Shown here in pieces: positions 1 to 12,724 of a stretch of 64,000 bases of DNA (position 1 is the first letter of the stretch; every line of letters begins with the position of its first letter). This DNA is from Priapulus caudatus (taxonomy: Eukaryota): positions 792,976 through 856,975 of the forward strand of contig NW_014577083.1 in NCBI RefSeq assembly GCF_000485595.1, given 5' to 3'. A program made the translations under genes and the position numbers. The notes beneath the pieces were generated by a model, which was given only the letters and a program-made list of their open reading frames with translations, was not told the origin of the DNA and searched no databases.

Positions 1-222
1 CAATTAATTAATTAACTAATTAATTAATAAAATTTCCAGGATAAGTCAGAAATGGGGTAACTTAGAATTTATTACATTTTGGTGGTGATCCCGATCCAAT
101 TAATTATTTAATTAATTAATTAATTAAATTTTCCCTTAATTAATTAATTAATTAATAAAAAAATTTACAGTGAGAGAATTCAGCTGCCTTGGCGGAGGTC
201 TGTGCTCTCCGAGTGCTCTAGT
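1..222 (+). mobile_element. 3' part of a Helentron-associated (HINE/DINE-1-like) non-autonomous element
   Basis: Ends CCTTGGCGGAGGTCTGTGCTCTCCGAGTGCTCTAGTT (subterminal IR arm, short hairpin, CTAG). It carries internal AT-rich GGTGATCCxGATCCAATTAATT repeats. A full copy is at 8210-8720. Family assignment is from recalled structure, not a database search. Confidence 0.6.
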
Positions 223-338
223 TTGTATTGAAGTAATCGTAATGTAACAAAGGATGGACAATTAGGTGTGTAATCAAGTGGTGAAACTTCAATTCTGTGG
301 TATCATTTCTGTTCAAGAAACGCCATAACCACTATTAC

Positions 339-351
339 CATCATCATCATT

Positions 352-412
<61 letters not shown>

Positions 413-510
413 CAGCCACTACCACAACAACAATAACAACAACAGCGAGAGCAATAATAATAATAATAATAATAGTAATAATAATAATAACAATAAAATA
501 ATAATAATAA
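339..510. repeat. (CAT)n followed by (AAC/AAT)n microsatellites
   Basis: Directly visible; produces the spurious poly-His/poly-Asn ORF. Confidence 0.95.
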
Positions 511-1660
511 CAGCACGTAATGACACGTGACTACATCTAAGTAATCTTTGTTTGCGTCAATTTCACATCAAAGATATTTTAGTTCAGGAAAAGACATGTT
601 GAAATTGTAAATAATATGTGAAATGATTTAGTATAATATAAGTATTTCACAGTTATCTTTTGTGCAATAACTATTGTTAGTTGGTATCATTTTTAAGAAT
701 ATATCTATTATGCATCTATAAAAAAATTCAAGCCAATGATTCAGTTCAATTCTTGAGAATATATTACGTATCTGCATGTAAGACATTCGCGCTAATTTCC
801 CACAGCACAACCCCTACCATGAGAGAGCTGGAAATAACCAATATGTTTTTTTTTCTGCTGATGATTTATCAACTGCTTGATGTTGCAGCGTCTGGACACC
901 TTTTTCATGAGAATTTTTTTTAGGTATATGCACTTCTTTTATATTAGGAAACCTTTTCACATTACTAACTTAACTTAAAAGCGAGTAAATTCACAAGTAA
1001 AAATCATACATTCAGTTATTTCACCAGGAGCTCACCATACCAGGGTTTGGACCAGAAATGTATCTACAAGCTGTGGTAGGCGATTGGGAGGGATCGTTTT
1101 ATTCTATGTTGCCTACTGATGACTTTGGAAGCCAGTGTGTAGATATCTGCTGGTGCACACACGCGCAATAACATGAGATCCAGCCAGCTTGATGCTGTGC
1201 TTGGAATGATTTCGATCAATAACTGAGTAGCAGTGAATGAAGTCGCCTATTCACATAAATCACGCATACGGAACGGCTCTGAAAATAAGGGTGCCTTTAG
1301 GAAGAGTCGTGTTTTTAGAAGGGGACCCCCCCCCCCAGGGCAGTATATCTCCGTACTCATCGGTCATAGCAATTGCAGTGCCTTACTGTTATCAGACTGA
1401 GTACCAAATAGAAGCTAGAATGGGCACACGGGTTTACGATGTCCTGATGATACTTAACACCATGGCAACGGTGATGAAATTTAGCCCCATGTCTTACACG
1501 TTATGCAACCACGCCGGTTTTTCGGGTATATTTTTTAGCCGATAATGCCTTCACACGCGACTTCTTCCCTGCGATTCTTGCATTTGTACTCTTGCCATAA
1601 CATATGCGCTCTTACATCCGATATATAAACTTTGCCGTACACTACACTATGCCGTACACC

Positions 1661-2381
1661 ATGGGCAAATGGCACTGCGACGTCGGTCGCCGTTGACTGC
1701 CAAGATAATATTCTTCGGCCGTTCTTATACGTTAAAAATGGAGCCGGGCAGGCTGACAGCACGTGTGCATGGTAATATCTGATCTACATGCGTCACTTTG
1801 CTTGCAGCATCGCGCCGCCACGATTCCCAGCTATGCTAATGTATGGGCAAATGGCGCTGCGACGTCGGTCGCCGTTGACTGCCAAGATAATATTCTCCGG
1901 CCGTTCTTATACGTTCAAAATGGAGCCGGGCAGGCTGACAGCACGTGTGCATGGTAAAATCTGCTCTACATGCTTCACTTCCCTCGCAGCATCGCGCCAC
2001 GATTCCCAGCTATGCTAATGTATGGGCTAATGGCGCTGCGACGCGGTCGCCGTTGACTGCCAAGATAATATTCTTCGGCCGTTCTTATACGTTCAAAATG
2101 GAGCCGGGCAAGCTGACAGCACGTGTGCATGGTAAAATCTGATCAACATGCTTCACTTCGCTCGCAGCATCGTGCCACGATTCCCAGCTCTGCTAATGTA
2201 TCTAAAAATGGCGCTGCGATGTCGGTCGCCGTTGACTGCCAAGATAATATTCTTCGGCCGTTCTTATACGTTCAAAATGGAGCCGGGCAGGCTGACAACA
2301 CGTGTGCATGGTAAAATCTGATCAACATGCTTCACTTCGCTCGCAGCATCGCGCCACGATTCCCAGCTATGCTAATGTATG
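1661..2381. repeat. Tandem array of four ~178-182 bp units
   Basis: The motif CGGTCGCCGTTGACTGCCAAGATAATATTC recurs near 1681, 1863, 2042 and 2220 with near-identical intervening sequence. Confidence 0.95.
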
Positions 2382-3817
2382 CACTATGACTTACACTACA
2401 CTATGACCTATACTACACCATGACTTACTCTTTCCGGTACAAGTGATGTGTGATTTTCCATGTCTGTTACTACATATGTGCTCTTACACTCGCCGTTACA
2501 CATCGTGTGTACTCTTACATGTCGTACAGGGTATCTTTCAAGGCGTTTTCCCCAATCATTTCTAAATTTAAATTTAAAATTCTAATTTAAATTCTAATTC
2601 TAATTTTCTATCTCTACGCAGGAGAACGCCTGCATGTGGTACCGTCTGTATAGTGTGATGGCGTCAGCTTGTTTTAGGAATAGATGTTATTGACGACACA
2701 TGTGAAAAAATGTTCTCCTCTGCCTATACCCATTACCCATAAGGCTACAACTCATTTTGCTACACTGAGCAAAGTAACCGTAATCACATCCAGACGCCAA
2801 AGGTAACCCGGGTACGTGTACATTTTGATGTGTGAACGCAACGAGTACGTGATCGGGTACCATTTAACTCGGTTGCGTTGAAACAACAGAAATTACACGG
2901 TAACATTTTATGCGTGGACAACGGACGGACGGACGGACGGATGGATTATAGCATAGTTATCACACAATTGGTCTACACAATTGGTCTACACAATTGGTCT
3001 AGGCCAACATCATGGGATGTGAGACAATGGTGTATTTGGATCTGATTGGTGGTAAAAAAAATTATATTCGGAATTGAAGCGAAGAAATGGAAGTGATTGC
3101 TTGTGACTAACTCTGGGCCGCGATTCCCGGTTTAGCCCGCGAGCTGTTGTGACTGTTTGCAAAGGACATCGACCTGTGGATGTAAAAGTGAAACATCGAG
3201 AGATTATTGCAATTTGAGTCGGTGCAAGAGATCACCATCATGTCACTGAAATAGACACGTATCCACTGATGATACGCATGGACAGCTAGTCGGAGCTTGA
3301 TTGTAATGCATCGGATCGCATGCTATAGAGAAGGATAGGCTTGTCTGGGTTATGGATATTTCTGTAGTCTGTTACTACAAGTCATACCAGCAAGTAAACC
3401 TGTTTTTCGCCAATTTACGAATTTACTCATTATGTCCAATCGCTGATGGCTTAATTACAGAAATAGGACCGACAACTGCAGGTGTCTACTCAACGTTGAA
3501 AATTAATTATTGATTATAGTTAAATATATTAATTGTAATGGCCACCACGTACCACAATGCCAACGGATGAGCATAAACTTTGCTAGACTACTCATTTGGG
3601 GGAAAGCTTTCTGTTGATAATAATTGCGTCTGTCAATGGCAGGCAAGTCATATCCACCGACTTTCAACAGTTTCTCCCAGTGAATATTGAACAACATGCA
3701 CCGCATCAGAATTCCTCTGTTACAGCCCAACGGGAAGGTGAGTCAGAAGAAATTGTCTTCACATTTAAAGAAGCTACGTACGCTAAGAGTACACGTAAGA
3801 GTTGAGGAGTTGCGGAT

Positions 3818-3990
3818 TTGCTGAAACAGTTGAAGCAGAGACAGCTTCGCTTCTTGGGTCATATAATGAGAGAGCAGCAGTTGGAGAGTGTATGTGCGAC
3901 CGGCAAGATTGAAGGTAGAATACCAAGAAAGAGACCACGAGTGAATCTCCGGACCAGACTGTCCATAGACAGTGGTGAAGATATTGGGGA
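3818..3990 (+). mobile_element. 3' remnant of a non-LTR retrotransposon ORF2 (RTE-like)
   Basis: Translation LKQRQLRFLGHIMREQQLESVCATGKIEGRIPRKRPR matches the C-terminal 'RQL.FLGH.MR...LE....TGKIEG.R.RGRPR' motif of RTE-clade LINEs. Confidence 0.75.
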
Positions 3991-4234
3991 GCGGGGACAT
4001 ACTGCTGCCGGGTGTAGCGCGAAATTTCTGACTTGCGAAATATCTGAGATAGGATGCCTATGCGCATGCGTACGCGTATGCGTATGCGCACTTCGCATGC
4101 GTATCGACCCGATTAATCACAGCTCGTCTTTGTGTGCGAAATTTCTGACCTGCGAAATATATGATATAGGATGCGTATGCGCATGCGCACTTCGCATATA
4201 TGCTCAAATATGGCAATTTCCACTTCAGCTAAGA

Positions 4235-6690
4235 CACCAGCTGGTGGAGAAGGAGGAAGGGGAGAAGGAGGAGGGGGAGAAGCTAGTGGAGAAGGAGGAG
4301 GGGGAGAAGCTGGTTGGAGAATGAGGAATGGGGAGAAGGGAGAAGCTGGTGGAGAAGAGGGAAGGAGAGAAGGGAGAAGGTGGTGGAGAAGGCGGAGGGG
4401 AGAAGCTGAATGGAGAAGGAGGAGGGGGAGAAGGGGAGAAGCTGGGTGGAGAAGGAGGAGGGGAGAAGGCTGTTGAGAAGGAGGAAGGAAGAATGCTGGT
4501 GGAGAAGGGAGGAAGGGGAGAAGGCTGGTGGAGAAGGGGGAAAGGCATTTAAGCTGTGAGAATGAGGAAGTAGGAGAAAGGAGAAGCTGTGATGAAGGAG
4601 GATAGGGGGAGGAAGGAGAAGGTTGGTGAGAAAGAGAAGGGGAGAAGCTGATGGAGAAGGAGGAGGGGGAGAAGGGAGAAGCTGGTGGAGAAAGAGGAGG
4701 GGGAGAAGCTTGTTGGAGGAAGGAGGAAGGGGAAGCTAGACGGAAGAAGGAGGAGGGGAGAAGCTGGTGGAAGGAGGAGGATGGGGGAGAACTGGTGGAG
4801 AAGGAAGGAAGGGGAGAAAAGGCAGGAGGAGGGGAGAACTGGTGGATGAAGGAGGAGGGAGAAAAGGAGGAGGGGGAGAAGCTGGTGAGTGAAGGAGGAA
4901 CGGGAAGAAGAAGAGAAGGTGTGGAGGAGGAAGGGGAGAAGGGAGAAGGTGGTGAGAAGGACCGGAGGAGAAGAAGCTGGTGGAGGAAGGAGGAATGGAG
5001 AGGAAGCTGGTGAGGAGGAGGAGGGGGAGAAGCTGGTGACGAATGAGGAAGGGGAGAAGGAGAAATCTGGTGGAAAGGAGGAAGGAGAGGGAGAAGGTGG
5101 TGGAGAAGGAGGAGGGGAGAAGGCTGGTAAGAGAAGCAGGAGGGAGAAGATGGTGGAGAATAAGGAAGGGGAGAAAGCTGGTGGTAGAAGGAGGAAGGGG
5201 AGAAGGGAGAAAGCTGGTGGAGAAGGAAGAAGGGGAGAAGGGAGAAGGTGGTGAGATAGGAGGAGGGGGAGAAGCCTGGTGGACGAAGGAGGAGGGGGAG
5301 AAGGCTGGTGACTAAGAAGGAGGAAGGGGAGGCAAGAAGGGGGAGAAAGGGAGCTGGTGGAGAACGGAGGAGGGGGAAAAGGCTGGTGAGAATGAGGAAG
5401 GGGAGAAGGGAGACACTGGTGGAGAAGGAGGAGGGGAGAGGGAGAGGTTGGGTGGAGAAAGGAGGAGGGGAAAGCTGGTAGAGAAGGAGGAGGGGGAGAA
5501 GATGTGGAGAATGAGGAAAGGGGAGCCGCAGCTGGTGGAGAAGAAGGAAGGGGAAAGGGAGAAGGTGGTGGACGAAGGAGGAGATGGGAAGAAGCTGGTG
5601 TAGAAAGGCAGGAGGGGGAGATGCTGGTGGAGAAGGAGGACGGGGAGAAGAACGAAGATAGTGGAGGAGGCAGGGGAGAAGGGAGAAAGAGTGGAGGAGG
5701 AGGGAGGAGGAGGGGAGAAGCTGGTGGAGAAGGAGGAAGGGGAGAAGGAGGGGAGATATGAGGAAGGGGAAGAAGGGAGAATGCTGGAAGGAGAAGGAAG
5801 GGAGGGGCGAAGGGAAGAATCTGCCAACCCACCGGCACCCCTTGTAGCATGCATGAAATGCCGGCCGGCAGGCACGCTTTTCTTTCTCGCCCTTCTCGCT
5901 TGCTCTACGGGCATGGCAGCTTCTCTTTCTCCCCTTGGCCGTCCTTTTCGCATCAGGGCTTCTCGACCGCCTCCCTCATTCTACCACCACCCTTCTCCGC
6001 CCTCCTCCCTTCTGCACCAGCTTCTCCCTTCTCCCCCTCCTTCTCCACCAGCTGCGCTTCTCCCGCCTCCTTCTCGCCCCTCCTTGCTGCGCCGACTTCC
6101 TCCTAATCTTCCAGCCAGCTTCTGCCCGCCTGCCTCAGCTTCTCCACAGCTTCTCGCCTCCTACCCTTCTCCACCAGCTTCTCCATTCTGCCCCCTCCTC
6201 CTTCTCACACGCAGCTTTGCTTCACTTTCTCTCCCTCCTCGCTTCTCAGCACCAGCTTCTCCCCTCCTCCTTCCTCCAGCCAGCTTTCTCCCCTCCTTCT
6301 CTTCAGCCAGCTCCCTTCTCCGCCTCCTTCTCCCACCAGGCATTCTCCCCTCCTCGCTTCTCCACCGCAGTTTCTCCCCCTCCTCCTTCTCCAGGCCAGC
6401 TTCTGCCATTCTCTCCGGCCTCCTCTTTCTGCGACGGCAGGCTTCTCCGCTCCTCTTTCTCCATTCAGCTTCTCCCTTCGCTCTTCCACCACTGCTTCTC
6501 GCTTCTCCCCTTCTCCTTCTCTCACCAAGCCTTCTCCGCTTGGCTTCCGCCTTCTTCATCTCTACACCAGGCTTCTGCCCTTCTCCTTTCAGCGGCAGCT
6601 TCTGGGCGCCCTCCTCTTCTTCCACCAAGCTTCTGCCCCTCCCTCCTTCTGCCACCAGTTCTCCCCGCTTCCTCATTCTTGTCAGCTAGC
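4235..6690. repeat. Degenerate ~27-bp purine-rich minisatellite (GAGAAGCTGGTGGAGAAGGAGGAGGGG)n in fold-back arrangement
   Basis: GA-rich units at 4235-5820 are followed by their reverse complement (CTTCTCCACCAGCTTCTC...) at 5950-6690. Confidence 0.9.
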
Positions 6691-7844
6691 TTCTCCTACA
6701 CTCCACTTACTAGTACTACTCTAACCTTCATGCGCTCCTCCCCGCTCCCCGCCTGCCGGCCCTCCGCTATACTGCTCCTTCGCTAACCCTGTACCAATAA
6801 CTTGGTATTTTACACAAAACGCTATTCAAGTGTAGCACAACGGGCTATCGTAACACAAATTTTACGAGCTGCTCATTGTCGGGGGCGGGGCGGGGGTTTT
6901 TTTTCTATCTGCAGATATTTCGCAGCTCGTACAGATATTGTCGCCGACACCGGTCTCTATAGCGATCGACGAACGATCGAAAACAGTGCGATCCTGTGGT
7001 AGCGCGACCGTCTAGATGGATATGAACACCCTGAATGATATAAATGATGATGATTATGATGATCGATGATGATGATGATTGATGATGGATGATGATGATG
7101 ATGATGATGATGACGTACGCTAACAAGGACAGCGAGCAGCGCTGAACCAGACGACAAGTGAATGCTTACGAGCCACGCTCAGCAATAGAAAGATTATAGT
7201 TAGTAAAAAATATTATTACTATGTTGGCTGCCCTTCTACCAAATCTAGCAGGGACAATTCAGGAGAGCCTACGATCTCTGCCAGACTAGCCAAAATGCCT
7301 GTACATGGTAATAAAACCTGCTACTAGATCCAGCCGATCACTTTAAAATCAAAAATGACGAAAATCAAAAATCAAAATGAACGATTGCAGAAAAATCGTC
7401 AGTGTAGCTGCGCCAATTGTCAATTTTTAAGTCGCTTAGGCTCGGTACATTTATGTTTCACATTTTCCTCGCTTGCTGTTTTACAGTTTCCACAAACTAC
7501 TGCTACATAATATGCCATTAAATAACTCTGCTCATAATGCTGTAATCGAATGAGATTTAATGTTGTAAACGCCCTCTGTTATAGGAATTACGAACGATGA
7601 TCTTTCTAAGTGGTATATCGTTTCATTCGAAGCTCATCGATTGTATCAATAGTACAGTCTGTTTTCAAGGGCATATTGGGAATAAAGAGATAGGAACAAG
7701 GACGCAGTCTGAAATATGACGGCCAACTATATAAGTCTAATACTTCATGCTAAACGGTTCATGACTATATTTTTGCAGTTTTCTCTGAATGTTTTACTGA
7801 TATATAAATATATACTATATATATAAATACTATATATATATATA

Positions 7845-7908
<64 letters not shown>

Positions 7909-8209
7909 CGCGCGGCAGCCGCCCGCGCAGCGCTGTGCGCGTGGCGTGCGTGCGTATGTGTGCGCTTTATAAAAAACATTAGTCAATAAGTCACCTCTCC
8001 CACACCCTGTCATAAATACGGGTTCTGAAGGTCGAAATAGCTGAACGAGGGGTAAATATCTGAGGAAGATGAAAGATCGTGTAGCCATTTTACACCAAAC
8101 ATGATAGAAGACGATGCCGCCGAAATGCGACGTGTCTCTGCTCACACAAGTCAGTATAGGAAGGATGACCAGCGCTCAGGGGTGGGTTTAACTTTAACAA
8201 GCTTTAATC

Positions 8210-8720
8210 TTTATTACCGTCCGCAAAAGGGGTTGGGCAGGAGATTATGTTTTTTCTCCACGGCGTGTGTTTGACTGTTTGTGTTTTGTGGTTGTTTGTG
8301 GGTTTGTGTACAGTCTAACTGAAAAAGTTATGGACGGATGTCATAAAATTTGGCCTAACTTAGAATTCATGAGATTTTTGGTGGTGACCCGGATCCAAGT
8401 TAATTAAATTAATTCAATTTTTAGATAGGTCAGAAATGGGGTTAGACTAGAATTGATTACAATTTTGGTTTGGTGATCCGGATCGCAATTAATTATTACT
8501 AATTATTAATTAATAAATTTCCAGGATTAGGTCAGAAATGGGTAACTTAAGAATTTAAATTACATTTGGTGTGATCCCCGATCCAATTAATTATTTAATT
8601 ATTAATTAATTAATTAATTAAATTGTTCACTTAATTAATTATTATTATTATAAAATTTTTCACAGTGACAGAATTAAGGCTGGCCTTGCGGAGGTCTGTG
8701 CTCTCCGAAGTGCTCTAGTT
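8210..8720 (+). mobile_element. Full-length Helentron-associated (HINE/DINE-1-like) element, error-rich copy
   Basis: Starts TTATTACC(G)TCCGC-AAA.GG, then a GT-rich microsatellite, AAAAAGTTATGGACGGAT and internal tandem repeats. Ends CCTTGCGGAGGTCTGTGCTCTCCGA-AGTGCTCTAGTT. The subterminal inverted repeat pair is visible. Confidence 0.6.
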
Positions 8721-9295
8721 TTGTAACCCTTGAAGTAATCGGTAATGTAAGCAAAGGATGGCGACAAGGTATGTAATCAAGTGGTGAAAACGTTCAATTC
8801 TGTGGTATAATTTCTGTTCAGGAAAGCCATAAACCGGCGTATTACCATCATCATCATGCATCATACATCAATCATCATCATCATCATTCATCATGCATCA
8901 TGCATCATGCACAGCCACTACTCACAACAACAATACAAGCAACAGCGAGAAAACAAATAATAATAATAATAATAGTAATAATAATAAATACGCAATAAAA
9001 TAATAATATATAAAGCCACGTAATCGAGCACGTGACTACATCTAAGTAATCTTTGTTTGCGTCAATTTGCAGCATGCAAAGATATTTTAGTCCGCAGGAA
9101 AGACCATGTTGAAATTGTAAAATATATGTGAAATGAATTTAGTATAATATATAGTATTTCACAGTTATCTTTTGTGCAATACATATTGTTAGTTGGTATC
9201 ATTTTTAAGAATATATCTATTATGCGCATCTATAAAAAAATTCCAAGCCAATGATTCAGTTGCAATTCTTGAGAATATATTCCGTATTTGCATGT
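8486..9295 (+). repeat. Direct duplicate of window positions 1-779
   Basis: Collinear match including unique flanks (CACGTGACTACATCTAAGTAATCTTTGTTTGCGTCAATTT; AGCCAATGATTCAGTT), with many single-base insertions. Confidence 0.9.
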
Positions 9296-11299
9296 TAGTC
9301 TAATCAGCTGGGGGGAAGTCCTGTGTGGCATTTATATGTCCGCCGGGCAGTTTATTGACGCTTGATTCATGTAGGGGACACCCCTGGGAGTAAAAAAAAA
9401 CATTGGGTAGACATTCTGAATCATGAAGGATAGGTGAATTCAGATGGCGTTCAAGATGGCTCGTCAATTTTAAAATTTGGGTTAAATTGGACCTATAAGC
9501 TGCGCGCACTTATTTATGATAGGAGGTTGATTTTGGTGTCCTTATCCCTATGTTTCATGGTGGGCCTATCATTAAAAACTGATACGCCGTAATCGAAAAA
9601 ATGCATTGCATCAATTGTTAAATGCTAAGATGGCGCGCCGAAAGAGACACCTTATCATTATAAAACTGCTATAACTTCTTCGCAGACGTTATGATAGAAG
9701 GGTAATTTCCGTGTCTATCCCTATGTTTTAGGGGTCAGGTTAATCGCACTGAGACTATACCGAATTAAAAACAGCAACTGCATCACCATCAAAGGCTAAA
9801 GATGCCCACCAATATACTGATCGTCATTTATTGACAACTTTTCACATATCGGGCTCTAATACTAGCAGCATTTTTTACAGTATAAACATGATATTTATTG
9901 TAAGGTAACTTTAATACTGATCACTGTGTCCTAGGATACGGCAACTTGGGTTCCTGCAGGTCATTTGACTTGTTGCGGTCTGGTCATTTGCAAATTCGCA
10001 CACTTGGCAGGCATTTTGTTGACACACGCAGCTATTGCTGTAGAACACTTTCACGACAGGAACACACAACTGCAGACATCGTCCGGCATAAAGTAGATGG
10101 AACCTACCTGAGCAAGCTAAGCTCATCTGATATTCGGAATCCACAGTCTGTTAGTTCCAAAGAGTAAGGCACTGCAAAGCAGTTCATCTGACTATTAGGT
10201 GGGTAGTATAAGGCTCTGAGAAATGTCCTGTAGCTGCCGTGGCTAGTCGTGGGCAAGTCCCAGAGCGGTCACAGACTTGCAGTGGGGGGTAATAGACTAT
10301 GTCGTAATTCGTCATAATTTTTGTATTAGTATGGTCACATGTTTCACGACGGCTGTAGCCAGATATAGTTCCGATTCAGCTTAGACACAAATTGTCGCAG
10401 AGTTTGCCTCGGCGAAGTCGCTTGAGGTGTGGCTTATTGGTTCGTTTTGAGCGCTGCCAATTTGGTGCCGAATTTCTGTGATGTCACAATCCAGATCAAC
10501 GCATGAACGGCCGGCAGTAACATCACATAATTCAAGCCCACTGCTTGCTGCCAATACATGTACTGGGATGTAGCATGATACTGTCGGCTCTACACCTGCT
10601 CTCATCCACAGTTCAACCATACCAATTGCGTTTTAAGATGCTGGCTGAAATGTAACAACAGCACCAACACTATCAAGCGTCATTTGAACAGGCATAGCAA
10701 AAATTCTTTTGACACCAATTCCTGATGGCCATGCAAAACATGGGGTGCATGATTCGAAAATCTGCTTCTTCGCAGAGTAGGAATCGGTTCATTTGTATTC
10801 GATTTGTTCCATTCCCGAATGACTGACGCTTTGTCTCGTAGACACTGTGGGCTCAGACCTTCAATTTGGCTAAGCTACATTTCCACACGTAAGTGCCGTC
10901 TTGTCGGGGGTACCGGAGAGGGTCTAAGCCAACTCGAAGGCAGGGACTCGCGTGTAGGATATTGGTCAATGCAGAACCTAGTTCAGCAGTTGCCTCTAGT
11001 TCCTAAGCTTATTGCCGCTGGTGCCCAGAAGCTTGTCCATTTCCTTGGGCAGTTTAAGTCTCAGGATTAAGATTACTGTACCTCGATCGGTGGTCCTCTG
11101 TGTGCGCTGCCGTTGTCGTTCACCTGTCCCTTCAGCAGATCCTTCGATGGTAAGGAATGCGAAACGAAAGTCGATAGCGGCTGGCATTGACGGCTCAAGG
11201 CCAAATGACGGTTTTCAAATGAAATTCCTCTACAGAAATCTCACAATGTTCTGCGAATGACGACGTTTAATCTTCTCAGCAATTGCCTAGACATTAACA
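9296..11299 (-). mobile_element. Academ-like DNA transposon (XPG/FEN1-like nuclease region + C-terminal Cys finger), frameshifted and truncated by a gap
   Basis: Minus-strand peptides occur in the expected order across frameshifts: IDF..F...EGS....ERQR, LPKEMDK....S.NK, EEADFRI (10751-10771), ELWMRAGV....YIPVH.LA...G.ELC, LLPAVHAL(S/T)GCDIT..FGTKLAALK (10445-10520), LPTTS....GHFLRA, then a Cys-rich tail ending C.NP (~9950). The terminus TAGTCTAATCAGCTGGGGGG begins exactly where similarity to 1-779 stops. Confidence 0.7.
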
Positions 11300-11453
11300 N
11301 NNNNNNNNNTAGGTACGTTTTTGGGCACGTACGTGATTCATAACTTGTATGGTGTGTTGTGACGAGATCGGTGCGTGTGCTAGGCATGCTTACTTTTGTC
11401 TAGTTCATGTTTTAGGTTACTACTCTACGCTGATAAAGATCATGCAGTTAGTA

Positions 11454-11644
11454 CAGGGGTTCTTAACCTATGGTCCATGGAACCCTTTGGGATCCGTGGA
11501 TGGTCTTCGGGGAGTCTGTGAACCAGGCGCATACAAATTTTGTGTTTATGTGCTTATGTGCATTTTTGGGGTGGGGTCCGTAGAATTCACCAGATTCTCA
11601 AAGGGATCCATGACTCAAAAAACAGGTTAGTTTTACTCCCACTG
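11454..11644 (+). mobile_element. hAT/Charlie-type MITE
   Basis: CAGGGGTTCTTAACCT ... CAGATTCTCAAAGGGATCCATGACTCAAAAAACAGGTTAG..CCACTG, with an imperfect 8-bp TSD AGTTAGTA/AGTTAGAG. Confidence 0.7.
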
Positions 11645-12577
11645 AGTTAGAGAGAGCAGGTATGTGTAAACAGATAGTGGACGCTGAGAAGACTGACGAA
11701 GATAGTCAGTGGACGATGTGCTAGTGACAAAGAGGTGAAGCAGAGGTACAGAATCAGTGAGGGCGTGGAGGCTAGGTGGATAAATCATTACCTCTACCTA
11801 CTCCTGCACTCCCACTCTATCCTCTCCGCAATCGACCATCACCACCATATCTCATCCATCTCTCTCCCTCACTTACTGAAGATGCTCCGCCCAACCTATC
11901 CTACTTTCTACCTCATTTGCCCTCTCTATGCACTTCCTTCCCGTTCTCTCATAGAAGATCCTATTACTATAATAGCCTCCCTAAACCTATAGTATCCTAC
12001 CTTCTCCACTTGTATATATAGACCTAAGGTCTATACTATCTACACCACAGTCTAACTTGTGCGGGTTAAGGCTTTTGCATACTTTTAATAGTTTTATTTA
12101 TAATTTCACTGTCTCACGCATCACGAATTACATAGACAGTCATACACTGTCAGCGAACTCTTCCAAACTATTTATTTTCATAGATGGCATGAGGAATGTC
12201 ATTATTGACTATGATTCCAGTCACATACCTATATGGTTTTATCATAAACATGTATTATGAATATATAAAACTCGAGAATTTTTTTGGACTTTTTTTATTA
12301 ATAACAACATTCTAACAAAGCCTATTTATTGACGATTGCAGATCAGAGTGGAATAGCTTCAGTTGCATTTTTGAATGCCAAAAATTGTGCTCAGATTTAG
12401 CGAAACATTTTCAGTTGGTACCACACACTTTATGTACACATTTAATGACCAAGTGGCAGTTTAAAATATCATTAAATAAACAACAGTAACATTCATTTGA
12501 GTGCTAAACAACTGAGGCAGAAGAACACTCATCATTCACAAATTCACAATAAAGCCAGGTAATATTCAGCTATTGAT

Positions 12578-12583
12578 TTTATT
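12578..12583 (-). promoter_or_regulatory. Candidate polyadenylation signal (AATAAA) for NDUFA1
   Basis: AATAAA on the minus strand ~120 nt after the stop codon; other candidates lie near 12295 and 12327. Confidence 0.45.
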
Positions 12584-12700
12584 TAGCACTTTATCACGAG
12601 TTGTGTATAGTGTTTTGTTACACAATCAGCAAAAACCATTTTGCTACGGTCCATTCTATGTTCGTTCAAAGTTGCAGCAGATGGAGCTATTGTGGATGAT

Positions 12701-12724
12701 TTAGGCTGATATCGCTTCCAGCCC
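12701..12724 (-). CDS. NDUFA1: NDUFA1 coding exon 3
   Basis: TTTTCAG| GLEAISA TAA. Confidence 0.9.
   Translation of the reverse strand, partial: GLEAISA

Noticed and set aside
297..530. Poly-His/poly-Asn ORF (and antisense poly-Asp)
   Set aside because: Translation of (CAT)n and (AAT)n microsatellites; no splice or domain support.
1661..2381. Possible CRISPR-like array
   Set aside because: Units are similar along their whole length with no unique spacers; eukaryotic context and no cas genes.
4171..6786. Long Glu/Gly/Lys-rich and Pro/Ser/Leu-rich ORFs (up to 433 aa)
   Set aside because: They arise in all frames and both strands from a stop-poor 27-bp minisatellite; no unique coding sequence or consistent frame.
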